From sequence record MT135025.1: 64,000 bases of DNA; one strand, 5' to 3'. Within the stretch, counting starts at the first letter, position 1; every line of letters begins with the position of its first letter. A program made the position numbers and the translations under genes. Positions 1-8,552 of the stretch are shown here, piece after piece. A model generated the notes under the pieces. It was not told the origin of the DNA. It worked only from the letters and a program-made list of their open reading frames with translations, and did no database searches.

Positions 1-122
1 ATGTCATCAATGTGCGGGTTACTTTTTGCGTCAACCAGTAGGTCAGCAAGGTACTCCGCTTGCTCCATTGTGTCGGTGGTTGCAACTAGCTTCATGCTAG
101 TTGTATCAAGAATGTAAAGCAT
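1..122 (-). CDS. hypothetical protein, partial (runs off window start)
   Basis: Manual reading MLYILDTTSMKLVATTDTMEQAEYLADLLV...; ATG overlaps the stop of the upstream ORF. Confidence 0.6.
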   Translation of the reverse strand, partial: MLYILDTTSMKLVATTDTMEQAEYLADLLVDAKSNPHIDD

Positions 123-700
123 TATTTAAGCTCCAAACCAAAGTTAGCTTTGATTCCGTCTAACAGCATTTGGTGCTGTACGCGGAACTCTTTAATGGAA
201 TAGCGTGGAGTGTAACACTCACCCGCTTCCGTTTCCAAGACAAGTTGCCCGCGAACGACTCTCATTGCTTTAATTGGGGATAAGCGCGTGTTATGACCGT
301 ATTTGTCAGTATCACCAACAATGTCACATCCAACAAACTTAGGGTCATGGATATATTCAATTGTTTTTGGTGGTACACATTCACCCGCAGCTTCGCGATA
401 CATGATCATTGCGGTGAAGTTGATGACACTTGCGTGGTCGTTATCCGCTAGTGCTTTTGCACGCATGTTCATTAAGTCGTCAATTGTGCAGATGTTATCA
501 CTCCACCAACCTGTGCGACCCTTTTCAAGGGCTGCTGCTTTAAGGGTTTCCTTCATTACCTTTTCGGTAAACCCTGCAAGATAACCACTTGCTAAACCTT
601 CCAATCCTGGAGCAAGAACCCCCTTATTGGATTCAGTTGCTTTTAGAACTTGCATTGTTGAATGCGCTGCGACAAGTGCGTTGGAACTTAGTTTTGGCAT
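122..700 (-). CDS. hypothetical protein (192 aa)
   Basis: ORF with GGGG RBS, co-oriented with the S1 operon. Confidence 0.75.
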   Translation of the reverse strand: MPKLSSNALVAAHSTMQVLKATESNKGVLAPGLEGLASGYLAGFTEKVMKETLKAAALEKGRTGWWSDNICTIDDLMNMRAKALADNDHASVINFTAMIMYREAAGECVPPKTIEYIHDPKFVGCDIVGDTDKYGHNTRLSPIKAMRVVRGQLVLETEAGECYTPRYSIKEFRVQHQMLLDGIKANFGLELK

Positions 701-723
701 TTTGTTAACCCCTTATTAAGTAA

Positions 724-772
724 GTGGGGTAACTATAACAAGCTACCCCACACAGTTCTAGACAATGTTAAA
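724..772 (-). promoter_or_regulatory. S1 hairpin-embedded promoter-like element
   Basis: Minus strand TTGTCTAGA-N19-TATAGT with the -10 inside a GGGGTA...TACCCC stem. Confidence 0.45.
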
Positions 773-992
773 ACGGAATGTCGTATTCCCAACTGTTGCA
801 ACCCTGACCACATACTTTCATGGGTGGTGTCGCGTTGTACAGCTTGCAAATGTTGCGTTCATGGTCTGCGTGCCCGCAGTTAGAACAATTCTGTAACACA
901 CCCGCGTCCATCATTAGCTTCTGCGTCACGATAACTTCCTGCTTAGAACGAAATAACAGGGGTAGTGGCTTCTCCGTCATATTGACCCTCAT
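768..992 (-). CDS. small Cys-rich (Zn-binding) protein
   Basis: CSNC..C..C..C pattern. Confidence 0.6.
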   Translation of the reverse strand: MRVNMTEKPLPLLFRSKQEVIVTQKLMMDAGVLQNCSNCGHADHERNICKLYNATPPMKVCGQGCNSWEYDIPF

Positions 993-2655
993 AATCTATC
1001 TGTAGGATTTGTGGATAAGGTTTCTTGTTGGTGTGCACGCGAATGTTGCGAGGTGTACGACACTCGTCAAAACGCTGTGCAGCGTCCGCAATGGTTTCAG
1101 GTACATTATCGTCGCAACCTGTAGCTTCACGCCACCAGTCACGCGCTTTCTTACCCGCGAAACCTTCGTGCTCCAGGCATAGCGGTTGAGTAAACTTGCG
1201 CAAACCTGTGTGATATGCAATTTCCAAGTAATCGGGTTTACCCGCACGTCCACCCTTACGAGTGAAGAACACACGGCCGACTTTGAAAATATGCACTTCC
1301 GGAGGTGGTGCAGACTTCTTAGCACGTGCAATAAGTTCATCTGTTCCCGCTTTAGCTTTGAACTTGATCTCAGGTGGAAACTCCATACCACACTTAGGAC
1401 ATACGCGAAGCGATGCGTGCATCATAAAGCTACACTGATCACAAATGCGAACAGGTGCTTCACCACCACCTTTCTTTTTCTTCTCGGGTGTAACAGGGTC
1501 GTTAATCGGTCCTAAGCGTTGCGTGTTACCAGCAAAGTCCAAAACAAGACAATCAGGTTTTAAACTGTTAGCAATTGCGTCAAGTCTACCTTGCTGCGTT
1601 GATAAATCGTAACCCTCTGCGTAATCTGTACGAGTACCGCGACCAAGTATTTGCACCCACAACGAAGCTGATTCTGTAGCTCGGAGGATACCTAGCAAAT
1701 CCACAAAAGGCGCGTCAAAACCAGTAGTTAACACACCCATGTTGACAAGTGCGGTAACTTTCTTCTCCATAAACAGCTTGATATTTTCGTCACGCTGCTT
1801 AGAACTCATCTTACTGTGCACAGCTACCGCAGTATAACCCTGCTCAATGATCTCCGTGACAATGTGGTCACAGTGTTCAACACCCGTTGCAAAGATTAGC
1901 CAGTGTTCGCGTCCTTGGTCTTCCGCTGCACGAACCATTTCCGCAACAGCCGCGTGTGTAATCTCTTCTTTATCTGTAGCTTTCTGAAGTTGTGATTGTA
2001 CAAAGTCGCCCCCTTGTTTAGCAACACCCTTCAGGTCTATTTCTGTGTCAGTTTTGTACGGTGACAGCGTGCACAAGTACCCCTGATCAAAGAACCAGTT
2101 AAAAGCGTGGAATTCAGTTGCATCAACTAGCACATGGTTGAAGATACCCATCTCAAGGAGTGTACCGCCACCCATGCGGTAAGCGGTAGCAGTTAACCCC
2201 AACACAATCATGTTCGGGTTCATCTTTTTAAGGAACTTGATAACCTTTTGATAACTGGTGTTACCCGCTTTAGGTATACGGTGACACTCGTCAATAATGA
2301 GCAAGTCAATTTTACCAAACTGCCCAGGATTTTTGACCACACTTTGCACACCGCCAAACGTAATTGGATATTGCGTGTCCTTACGACCCGCACCCGCAGA
2401 ATAGATACCCGCCGGTGCATGTTTCCAAACTGTTTTCAACTTGTCATAGTTTTGCTCAATCAGCTCTTTTACGTGAGTGAGCATCATTACACGTGTTCCG
2501 GGCCATTGCCCGCACATGCGGCGGACAATTTCAGCAATAATGATAGACTTACCCGTTCCGGTTGGGTAGAGCAACAACCCGTCACCCTTACCCCCGTTAC
2601 AATAGTATCGAAAGAACTCCTCGATACCAAATTCTTGATAGTCCCTAGGCTTCAT
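943..2655 (-). CDS. SF2 DNA helicase (RadD/UvsW-like) with C-terminal Zn finger
   Basis: Motifs PTGTGKS, IIDECH, GLTATAYR, TTGFDAP, QILGRGTR; CDQC..CPKC. Confidence 0.93.
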   Translation of the reverse strand: MKPRDYQEFGIEEFFRYYCNGGKGDGLLLYPTGTGKSIIIAEIVRRMCGQWPGTRVMMLTHVKELIEQNYDKLKTVWKHAPAGIYSAGAGRKDTQYPITFGGVQSVVKNPGQFGKIDLLIIDECHRIPKAGNTSYQKVIKFLKKMNPNMIVLGLTATAYRMGGGTLLEMGIFNHVLVDATEFHAFNWFFDQGYLCTLSPYKTDTEIDLKGVAKQGGDFVQSQLQKATDKEEITHAAVAEMVRAAEDQGREHWLIFATGVEHCDHIVTEIIEQGYTAVAVHSKMSSKQRDENIKLFMEKKVTALVNMGVLTTGFDAPFVDLLGILRATESASLWVQILGRGTRTDYAEGYDLSTQQGRLDAIANSLKPDCLVLDFAGNTQRLGPINDPVTPEKKKKGGGEAPVRICDQCSFMMHASLRVCPKCGMEFPPEIKFKAKAGTDELIARAKKSAPPPEVHIFKVGRVFFTRKGGRAGKPDYLEIAYHTGLRKFTQPLCLEHEGFAGKKARDWWREATGCDDNVPETIADAAQRFDECRTPRNIRVHTNKKPYPQILQIDYEGQYDGEATTPVISF

Positions 2656-3721
2656 ACTTCGTACCCAACTCCACTAATTCAACAGACGTGATAAATCCCG
2701 GACCCTGTTTGAAGTCCCGCCCGCTGCGAGTTCTGAGTATGGTGTAATTGTCTTCTGTGCTTCCACCCACATGGTCAAAGGACGGTAATAGTGATGGATC
2801 GAACACGTGTTCGTTGCACCCCTGCATGGATAATTGTTTATCATGTACGTGGTTGTTTCCACGTCGACATGAATAAGTGCCGTCTTGTTCAGCACTCCAG
2901 TGACAGCAAGTGCGACAGTTGACAGCGGGAATTTCCTTTCCGTGGCAGACTTGCTTAACGTCACACCAACGACATTTCCAAAATGTAATCTTATCGGAGA
3001 TGCGAGGTAACGATGTTTCGGCGAAAATAACTCGTCCAGCGCGGTTGCTGTATTTCTCAGCAATTTCTTTATCATACGATATAATTTCAGCATACAGTTC
3101 GTCCGTATTTTTGTTAACAACCATAAAGAGAGTGTATGGCAAATTCATATAGTGCATACACTGTTGACACTGCACATAGTAGGTAAAGTTCTCAACGCGA
3201 CAACCGTCTTTAACGAACTTGTTAAACTTACTATCGCTAGCGGTTTTAAACTCGGTGTAACACGCCGCGCCTTGCGGAACGTCGGGTATACCTAGTGCAA
3301 CCCCATCTAAAGCTGAGCCATAATGCCCACCGTAATCACTCCATTTAATTTGACCCCCTTCAGGGGTTTCATACCAAAGCTGAACACCAGGAATGCACAT
3401 TAACATAGATAAGAAACGTGCTTCCTCCAAGTGTCCGCGGTTGAACAAACGCAATAAGCGCGGTTCAAAACTAGGCGCGGCTGTCCAGCGCCACTTTAAT
3501 TGAATTTCACGATCACATTCGTTACCAATACCAGAGGCACCTTGGTGGTTGCGGAACTTGTCTTCTTGTCCGCGGTAAGCGTCCTCCATCTTAGGAAATA
3601 AGTCACGCAGGTTTTGGCGGAATTGACCACAATTATCCGCAGCGAGCGCGTTCTCAATTGCTTTAAGTGTTTCAGTCGCGTGCTGAACAGGGTTGGCAAA
3701 GTTGGTTGTAATTCCTACCAT
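2645..3721 (-). CDS. Cas4-like PD-(D/E)XK exonuclease
   Basis: N-terminal Cys (ECDRE), GHLEE, LDG, EFKT, Q.Q.CM and C-terminal CRWCDVKQVC Fe-S cluster motif. Confidence 0.8.
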   Translation of the reverse strand: MVGITTNFANPVQHATETLKAIENALAADNCGQFRQNLRDLFPKMEDAYRGQEDKFRNHQGASGIGNECDREIQLKWRWTAAPSFEPRLLRLFNRGHLEEARFLSMLMCIPGVQLWYETPEGGQIKWSDYGGHYGSALDGVALGIPDVPQGAACYTEFKTASDSKFNKFVKDGCRVENFTYYVQCQQCMHYMNLPYTLFMVVNKNTDELYAEIISYDKEIAEKYSNRAGRVIFAETSLPRISDKITFWKCRWCDVKQVCHGKEIPAVNCRTCCHWSAEQDGTYSCRRGNNHVHDKQLSMQGCNEHVFDPSLLPSFDHVGGSTEDNYTILRTRSGRDFKQGPGFITSVELVELGTKYEA

Positions 3722-4203
3722 GATCCTTTATCCTTAATGTGACGCTTTTTACCCCCACGGTAAACAGCTTTCTGCTTCTTCTTAGATTTGTACAACTTTA
3801 GGCGCTCCTTAGACCATTCAATAACAAACTCACATTGCTCAGCATTAAACTGACCTATGTGGCAATCTTCAAACTTAATGTTCATTGATGCAGCGAGTGA
3901 GGCGTAAGCGTGTACACGTGCACAATACATGTAACGCTTCCATATTTTATCAAATACACGGTGAGCTTCTTGACGTAACTTACCAGTCTCACGGTCGCAC
4001 ATGAAACCTTTGGGATTGCGGGAACCTTCGTGGCACGCAACCAAAGCACCGCAAGAACCACACAACCAAATGTAAGGCCAGTTTCCGCGTTCCTTGCCGT
4101 ATACAACGCGATGGTTTACGAACTGCACGTGGTCATGCCCACATGCGTCGCAGCTAGTTGGTTCTGGAAGTTGGGAACGTTGGTGCATTATTTTACTCTC
4201 CAT
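3715..4203 (-). CDS. DUF3268-type zinc-finger protein
   Basis: CDACG...WLCGSCGALVACHEG..PKG..LR..AH..FD pattern. Confidence 0.7.
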   Translation of the reverse strand: MESKIMHQRSQLPEPTSCDACGHDHVQFVNHRVVYGKERGNWPYIWLCGSCGALVACHEGSRNPKGFMCDRETGKLRQEAHRVFDKIWKRYMYCARVHAYASLAASMNIKFEDCHIGQFNAEQCEFVIEWSKERLKLYKSKKKQKAVYRGGKKRHIKDKGSW

Positions 4204-4210
4204 AATTACG

Positions 4211-4258
4211 AATACAGGGGGTATTGTAACCCCCTGTATTAAACTATGCTAGACTAAG
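4211..4258 (-). promoter_or_regulatory. S1 hairpin-embedded promoter-like element / possible terminator
   Basis: TTAGTCTAGC-N19-TACAAT; perfect stem AATACAGGGGG/CCCCCTGTATT. Confidence 0.5.
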
Positions 4259-4268
4259 TCTTGCGAAC

Positions 4269-5189
4269 TTATTGTTGAGCCCATGGAGGGTTGCCACCTT
4301 GTGCAGCTTGCTGAGCGTTTGCATCAGACTGCACGTTGCTTGGATTACCCTGACCGTTGTCTTGAACCGGAGCTTGCTGTTGTTGCTGCTGCTGCGGTGC
4401 GGACTGTTCTTGCTGCTGCGGTGCAGAGTTTTGCCAAGGTTGCTGCTGAACTTCACCACCTTGCGGCGCTGCTTCTTGCTGTGGTGCTGGCTGTTGCTGC
4501 TGTGCAGGCTGCTGCTCGGTTGGTTGCTGCCACTGCTGCTGTTGTACCGGCTGTTGCTGTTGCTGTTGCTGCTGTTGTGGTGCCTGTTGTTGCTGCTGTG
4601 GTGCGTTCCATTGCTGCTGTTGCTGCACTGGTTGCTGTTGCTGCTGTGCACCACCGTTCCAACCTTGTTGCTGTTGAGGCGCTTGCTGCTGACCGCCGAA
4701 TTGCTGCTGTTGCGGAGCTTGTTGACCGCCACCCGCACCGTTCGCCGCGCGGTAGCCTTTAATTTCGTTACGCTGTTCGTAACCGTCTTGTGGCTTAGAC
4801 AGACCAACTTTCACTTCCATTGGAATACCGTGAAGCTGCATTGTGTCTTGTAGCTGCATCACGTTAGTTGCGTGACAGATAGCTGACAGTGTGCGTTGTG
4901 CAATTTCAACCGCAGTTTGGTTCGGGTTGTTTAGGTTCAAGCGATCCCAAAGCTTACGACCTGCGTACTGCTGAGGTGCAATAACTTCAAGTGTTAGCAG
5001 GATGTGCGAACCGTTGTTAGTGCTGTTCGGTTTCTCTTCAGAGTCAACGATGCGTGCAACGTACCAACCAAGAGGCAAGTTCTCAAACGCTTCGTTTGGA
5101 GAAACTTGGTTAGCGTCAAACATTCCGCCAAGACCTGCGCCTGCACCGATAGAAGAAAGAACTGCGATAGTAAGTGCTTTAAGTTTCAT
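4269..5189 (-). CDS. DUF669-family single-stranded DNA-binding protein with long Gln-rich tail
   Basis: FDANQV..LP.GWY.ARI..SEEKP, LNL.NPN..AV.IA...LS.IC.A core; PPWA C-terminus; AGGA RBS. Confidence 0.82.
   Translation of the reverse strand: MKLKALTIAVLSSIGAGAGLGGMFDANQVSPNEAFENLPLGWYVARIVDSEEKPNSTNNGSHILLTLEVIAPQQYAGRKLWDRLNLNNPNQTAVEIAQRTLSAICHATNVMQLQDTMQLHGIPMEVKVGLSKPQDGYEQRNEIKGYRAANGAGGGQQAPQQQQFGGQQQAPQQQQGWNGGAQQQQQPVQQQQQWNAPQQQQQAPQQQQQQQQQPVQQQQWQQPTEQQPAQQQQPAPQQEAAPQGGEVQQQPWQNSAPQQQEQSAPQQQQQQQAPVQDNGQGNPSNVQSDANAQQAAQGGNPPWAQQ
4272..4735 (-). repeat. CAG/CAA low-complexity poly-Gln coding repeat
   Basis: Dense tgttgc/tgctgc trinucleotide runs on the plus strand. Confidence 0.9.
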
Positions 5190-5201
5190 GGATATATCCT
5201 A

Positions 5202-5945
5202 TTATTGCTGTGGTTGAGCGTTAGCGCCCAAGATTTTGTTGATAACGTTACCAATATGTGGGAACTCAATTTCGTCTAGTGCACCCGAACGATCTTTTGC
5301 GTCTGCACTAAAGTCAGGTTGAGTTCGCAGAGCACGGTATGAACTCTGGTCGGGGTTGCGACCGCTAAAGAGTTGGAACACCTCATCTGTTAGATAAGGG
5401 GAAGCTGGGCCAAGCTTCTGTCCAGGAACCGAAGGACCCGCAAGGGTTAGACCTGTACCCTCGTCCTTATTGCGTTCCTCTTTAAACAGTAACACCACAT
5501 GTTTCCCGTCTAGGTCGCGGAAGCTTTTGATCACTTCCAACATTTGCTCAAGCATTACACCGTAAGCTTGACGCGGGTCTTTTGCACCCTTTTTAGCGTG
5601 CGCAAGAACTTTTTCAGCCACTTCACTAACAGAGTCAACAATAATCGTTTGAAACTGCTGTGCCTGTGGGTTAGTGCGGCAGTATTGCTCCGCAGCTACT
5701 AAGTCATCAATTGTTTCAATTTGAATAACTGGTAGCTCGTAGCTAATGCCAGGAGTGTTAACACCCCAAACGCGCTCAATGTTCTCTTTCTTAAGAGATA
5801 GCAGACCGCGCTCTGCACTGATTACTAGCGGCGCCGGTGCAGTACAGCTCAACATGGTTTTACCCATGCCAGAACGTCCGTAGATGGACATTTTAACACC
5901 GTTAGCAACTGCTAGTACATTTGAAGATTCAAGTTGGATTGCCAT
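5202..5945 (-). CDS. AAA_24 / Sak4-like ATPase (recombinase)
   Basis: Walker A GRSGMGKT, IIVDSVSE, AKDRSG; adjacent to DUF669 and exonuclease. Confidence 0.85.
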   Translation of the reverse strand: MAIQLESSNVLAVANGVKMSIYGRSGMGKTMLSCTAPAPLVISAERGLLSLKKENIERVWGVNTPGISYELPVIQIETIDDLVAAEQYCRTNPQAQQFQTIIVDSVSEVAEKVLAHAKKGAKDPRQAYGVMLEQMLEVIKSFRDLDGKHVVLLFKEERNKDEGTGLTLAGPSVPGQKLGPASPYLTDEVFQLFSGRNPDQSSYRALRTQPDFSADAKDRSGALDEIEFPHIGNVINKILGANAQPQQ

Positions 5946-5960
5946 TTAACAACTCCGGTT

Positions 5961-6006
5961 AAGGTAGGGGGTACATAATACCCCCGCCCAACTATTTAAG
6001 CAAGAT
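5961..6006 (-). promoter_or_regulatory. sigma70-like promoter with -10 in GC hairpin
   Basis: TTGCTT-N17-TATTAT; GGGGGTA ttatg TACCCCC stem. Confidence 0.5.
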
Positions 6007-6430
6007 TTTTCAGTAGGTCTTCCAAACCACCCTTGTCCAAGTTTAGCTCGGTCATAAGGGTTTCAAGTGCACGTGTTTTCTGTGCTTCACGTTGCAACTC
6101 TTCAACTTTCTCAGTTGCAGCGTCGTCCTTAGCTAGAAGGTCGTCGTACTGTTTACGGTCAACCTTAGCAACAATCCATTTGTAACGGAAAGGTGCGTCA
6201 ATGTCAATTTTAGCTGTGTTATGGACTCCAGTGACCACAACTACTGTCATGCCTGTGCTTGGCGCGTCGACTACAACTTCGTCACCCACTTCAAGCTCCA
6301 TATCCTTTGGCGCTTTGTAAGTGTATCCCTGACCGATAGCATTACCGTTATGGTCTTTGAAACGCACGTTAACCGTTACACAGTTAGCAGCAACAAGTGT
6401 CATTAGAGCGATAGCAGCGTTGTTTTTCAT
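5996..6430 (-). CDS. hypothetical protein
   Basis: Start placed at MKNNAA after a GGAGG RBS. Confidence 0.75.
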   Translation of the reverse strand: MKNNAAIALMTLVAANCVTVNVRFKDHNGNAIGQGYTYKAPKDMELEVGDEVVVDAPSTGMTVVVVTGVHNTAKIDIDAPFRYKWIVAKVDRKQYDDLLAKDDAATEKVEELQREAQKTRALETLMTELNLDKGGLEDLLKNLA

Positions 6431-6461
6431 AAATCCTCCGGGATTTGTTTTGTGTGAACCG

Positions 6462-6513
6462 TTGTTGGTATGGGGTACATAATACCGCACCCCGTTAATT
6501 AAGCTAGACTAAC
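6462..6513 (-). promoter_or_regulatory. S1 promoter-like element
   Basis: TTAGTCTAGC-N17-TATTAT; shares ggtattatgtacccc with 5968-5984. Confidence 0.5.
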
Positions 6514-6516
6514 TGT

Positions 6517-6936
6517 TTACTTTTCTTTTGGAGGTACAATTTCCAGCGTTGGGGCCTTAGGCTTAGTCACAAGTGCTTCATCCAGCAACTCGCGGTCTTC
6601 TAAGCTCAGATCCTTGTACCCTTTAGCAACTAAGCTCGGGGTAAACTTAACAGCCTTGTCTACAACGTGCTCAGGTAACTCAGCACGCATAAGCTCAAAC
6701 GCTTGAGGATCGAGTTTAGTCTCTTCACCGCGCACATACTTGAGCACGTAACCAGCACCAAGTTCATGCTTGTTAGTGCCGTTCTTAGCTTCAGGGAACA
6801 TCTTGTCAGCTAGGGCTTTACGTTGATCCATTTCAACGGTTTTCAACTCTTTAAGCAGAGCTTGGTTAAGCGACCACGCATGGATCATCTGATCTGTGGT
6901 CATGTCTGGTGTAAAGTGGGCAATCTTGTTATTCAT
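6517..6936 (-). CDS. conserved hypothetical recombination-module protein
   Basis: 139 aa ORF in the typical position upstream of the AAA/SSB genes. Confidence 0.7.
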   Translation of the reverse strand: MNNKIAHFTPDMTTDQMIHAWSLNQALLKELKTVEMDQRKALADKMFPEAKNGTNKHELGAGYVLKYVRGEETKLDPQAFELMRAELPEHVVDKAVKFTPSLVAKGYKDLSLEDRELLDEALVTKPKAPTLEIVPPKEK

Positions 6937-7504
6937 CTTCGTTGCTCTCCGGTTCAGCTACTTCAGGCTCAGAGCGCGGTGGAACCCACGTTGGCCAATC
7001 TGTTTTTAACGTGCGGCGGATAACGTCAGCACTGTGTTCCATGGTACTAGTATCAAACCAGTCAATGCCACCACCAGTATACACATCCAAGTCCATTGCA
7101 ATGTCGAGGGCTTTAGTTGCAGAAGCTTTCATTGCCATTGCACCCAACGCAAATTGAGCACCACTACCGATCGCGGTACGCTTTTCGTATTCACGTTCCA
7201 TGTGACCACATTGTTGCTCGCTGCGGAAACCTGTGAAGATTTCTGTTGGTAATCCTGGAGTTACGCGCACAGCTAACACGGTGAAGTCACCCTGCGGTAC
7301 ACCAAAGCGCTCACCCGTAGCAATTTCACCAACCGCCCAGTCCACCACTTCGATAAAGCTTGGTGCATTACCCGCAACGGTTAGAACTAGTCCATAGTCA
7401 GGGTAATGGTAAAGCTTACGCGCGAAGCGGTCACTTGCATGGTTATTAGACGTAACCTGTTTGTCCGTTGCAAACACAACGCCATCAAATGCTGCTGTGG
7501 TCAT
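6929..7504 (-). CDS. Ntn-hydrolase, proteasome-beta/HslV-like peptidase
   Basis: N-terminal MTTAAFDG...ATDKQVT (Thr nucleophile), K, AIGSGAQFALGAM, D.YTGG. Confidence 0.8.
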   Translation of the reverse strand: MTTAAFDGVVFATDKQVTSNNHASDRFARKLYHYPDYGLVLTVAGNAPSFIEVVDWAVGEIATGERFGVPQGDFTVLAVRVTPGLPTEIFTGFRSEQQCGHMEREYEKRTAIGSGAQFALGAMAMKASATKALDIAMDLDVYTGGGIDWFDTSTMEHSADVIRRTLKTDWPTWVPPRSEPEVAEPESNEDE

Positions 7505-7635
7505 TATAAACGCTCCAAAGCTTTTTCAAGCAGGTCTAAGTTTTTGAAGTTTCCGGTTACACGCTCACCACCCTTGGTTGCATAGTATCCGAACTTGTTA
7601 CGTGAAACGGAGTATGTAACCCCGTTCACAGTCAT
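7504..7635 (-). CDS. small hypothetical protein (43 aa)
   Basis: Manual ORF MTVNGVTYSVSRNKFGYY...; TAATG coupling to the next gene. Confidence 0.55.
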   Translation of the reverse strand: MTVNGVTYSVSRNKFGYYATKGGERVTGNFKNLDLLEKALERL

Positions 7636-7639
7636 GTGA

Positions 7640-8173
7640 CTAGCTAGACGCGCCAAGGTCAGCCTCCTTCACAAAAGTACCATCAATCCATTTACCACCA
7701 CGGTCTTTAATTTCATCGTAAGCAGTTTCCAGAGCTAACTCAGGGGTAACGTCCATTGCTGCACACATGGTAAACAGCAAACTGAAGAAATTAATAAGTG
7801 GTGTGCGTAAATCACGCTTACGACCTACCGCCGCAGCTAGTGCACCGTGTGCAGCAACCAAACGACAGAATGTAAGACCCGCATCATCATCTGGATCACG
7901 TAGGTAAACGTTTTCCATCAACTGTACAGGATCTAAACCTGACATGTGCGCTTGGATAACACCAACAACAGTCTGGTCACCAAGATCATCAAGAACGGTA
8001 ACAGCTTCCCCTTCAGCTAGGCGCACAAGGTTAGCAGCGAACTCACCCTGCTCTTCTTCACCTTTTACTTGCTGTGACACAAGCGTAGCACCTTCTTTAA
8101 AACCACGAGCGTCAGCCCAAGCAACAACTTTTACAATTAGTTCCGCAAGTTGCGGAGTAGATACATTAGACAC
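7640..8173 (-). CDS. mazG: MazG-like nucleotide pyrophosphohydrolase
   Basis: WADARG..KGEEEQGE..DDLGD..; C-terminal AYDEIKDRGGKWIDGTFVKEAD. Confidence 0.75.
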   Translation of the reverse strand: MSNVSTPQLAELIVKVVAWADARGFKEGATLVSQQVKGEEEQGEFAANLVRLAEGEAVTVLDDLGDQTVVGVIQAHMSGLDPVQLMENVYLRDPDDDAGLTFCRLVAAHGALAAAVGRKRDLRTPLINFFSLLFTMCAAMDVTPELALETAYDEIKDRGGKWIDGTFVKEADLGASS

Positions 8174-8204
8174 AGGAAACCCCTTTGTGTGTTTGTTTAT
8201 TAAG

Positions 8205-8246
8205 TGTGTATATAATACCCCGCGAACGGGGTATTTGCTAGACTAA
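8205..8246 (-). promoter_or_regulatory. S1 promoter-like element with hairpin
   Basis: TTAGTCTAGC-N19-TATTAT; AATACCCCG ttcg CGGGGTATT stem. Confidence 0.5.
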
Positions 8247-8551
8247 ATCAATTTAACGCAGTGCATATAACATCCATGTTCTAGCATTTCTTTTGGGCAG
8301 CGTAAAGCAAGTTCCGAATCTCGGTTCATAGCGTTAAGCACTTTCCACACAAACTCCAACCCAACACCTTCGAACAACGGGTTGGTAGATAGTTCGCGCT
8401 CCAAAAGGGGAACGGGCACATAGCCCATCTCAATAGCAGGCTCATAACCCACCTCAATGTCATTATCCCCCAAACAACCAACAGAATCATACACATTGAC
8501 GGCTTCAATAATCGCGTTAACATGTTCTTGTGTAACAGTAAATACTTCCAT
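8243..8551 (-). CDS. hypothetical protein
   Basis: Start placed at MEVFTV after a GGAG RBS. Confidence 0.65.
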   Translation of the reverse strand: MEVFTVTQEHVNAIIEAVNVYDSVGCLGDNDIEVGYEPAIEMGYVPVPLLERELSTNPLFEGVGLEFVWKVLNAMNRDSELALRCPKEMLEHGCYMHCVKLI

Positions 8552-8552
8552 A

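Noticed and set aside
2645-3721. CRISPR-Cas system suggested by the Cas4-like gene
   Set aside because: No repeat-spacer array or other cas genes anywhere in the window
4244-4853. Overlapping long ORFs 4244-4807, 4272-4853 and 4283-4762
   Set aside because: Shadow frames of the CAG/CAA poly-Gln repeat (poly-Ser/Asn, poly-Leu, poly-Ala/Val)
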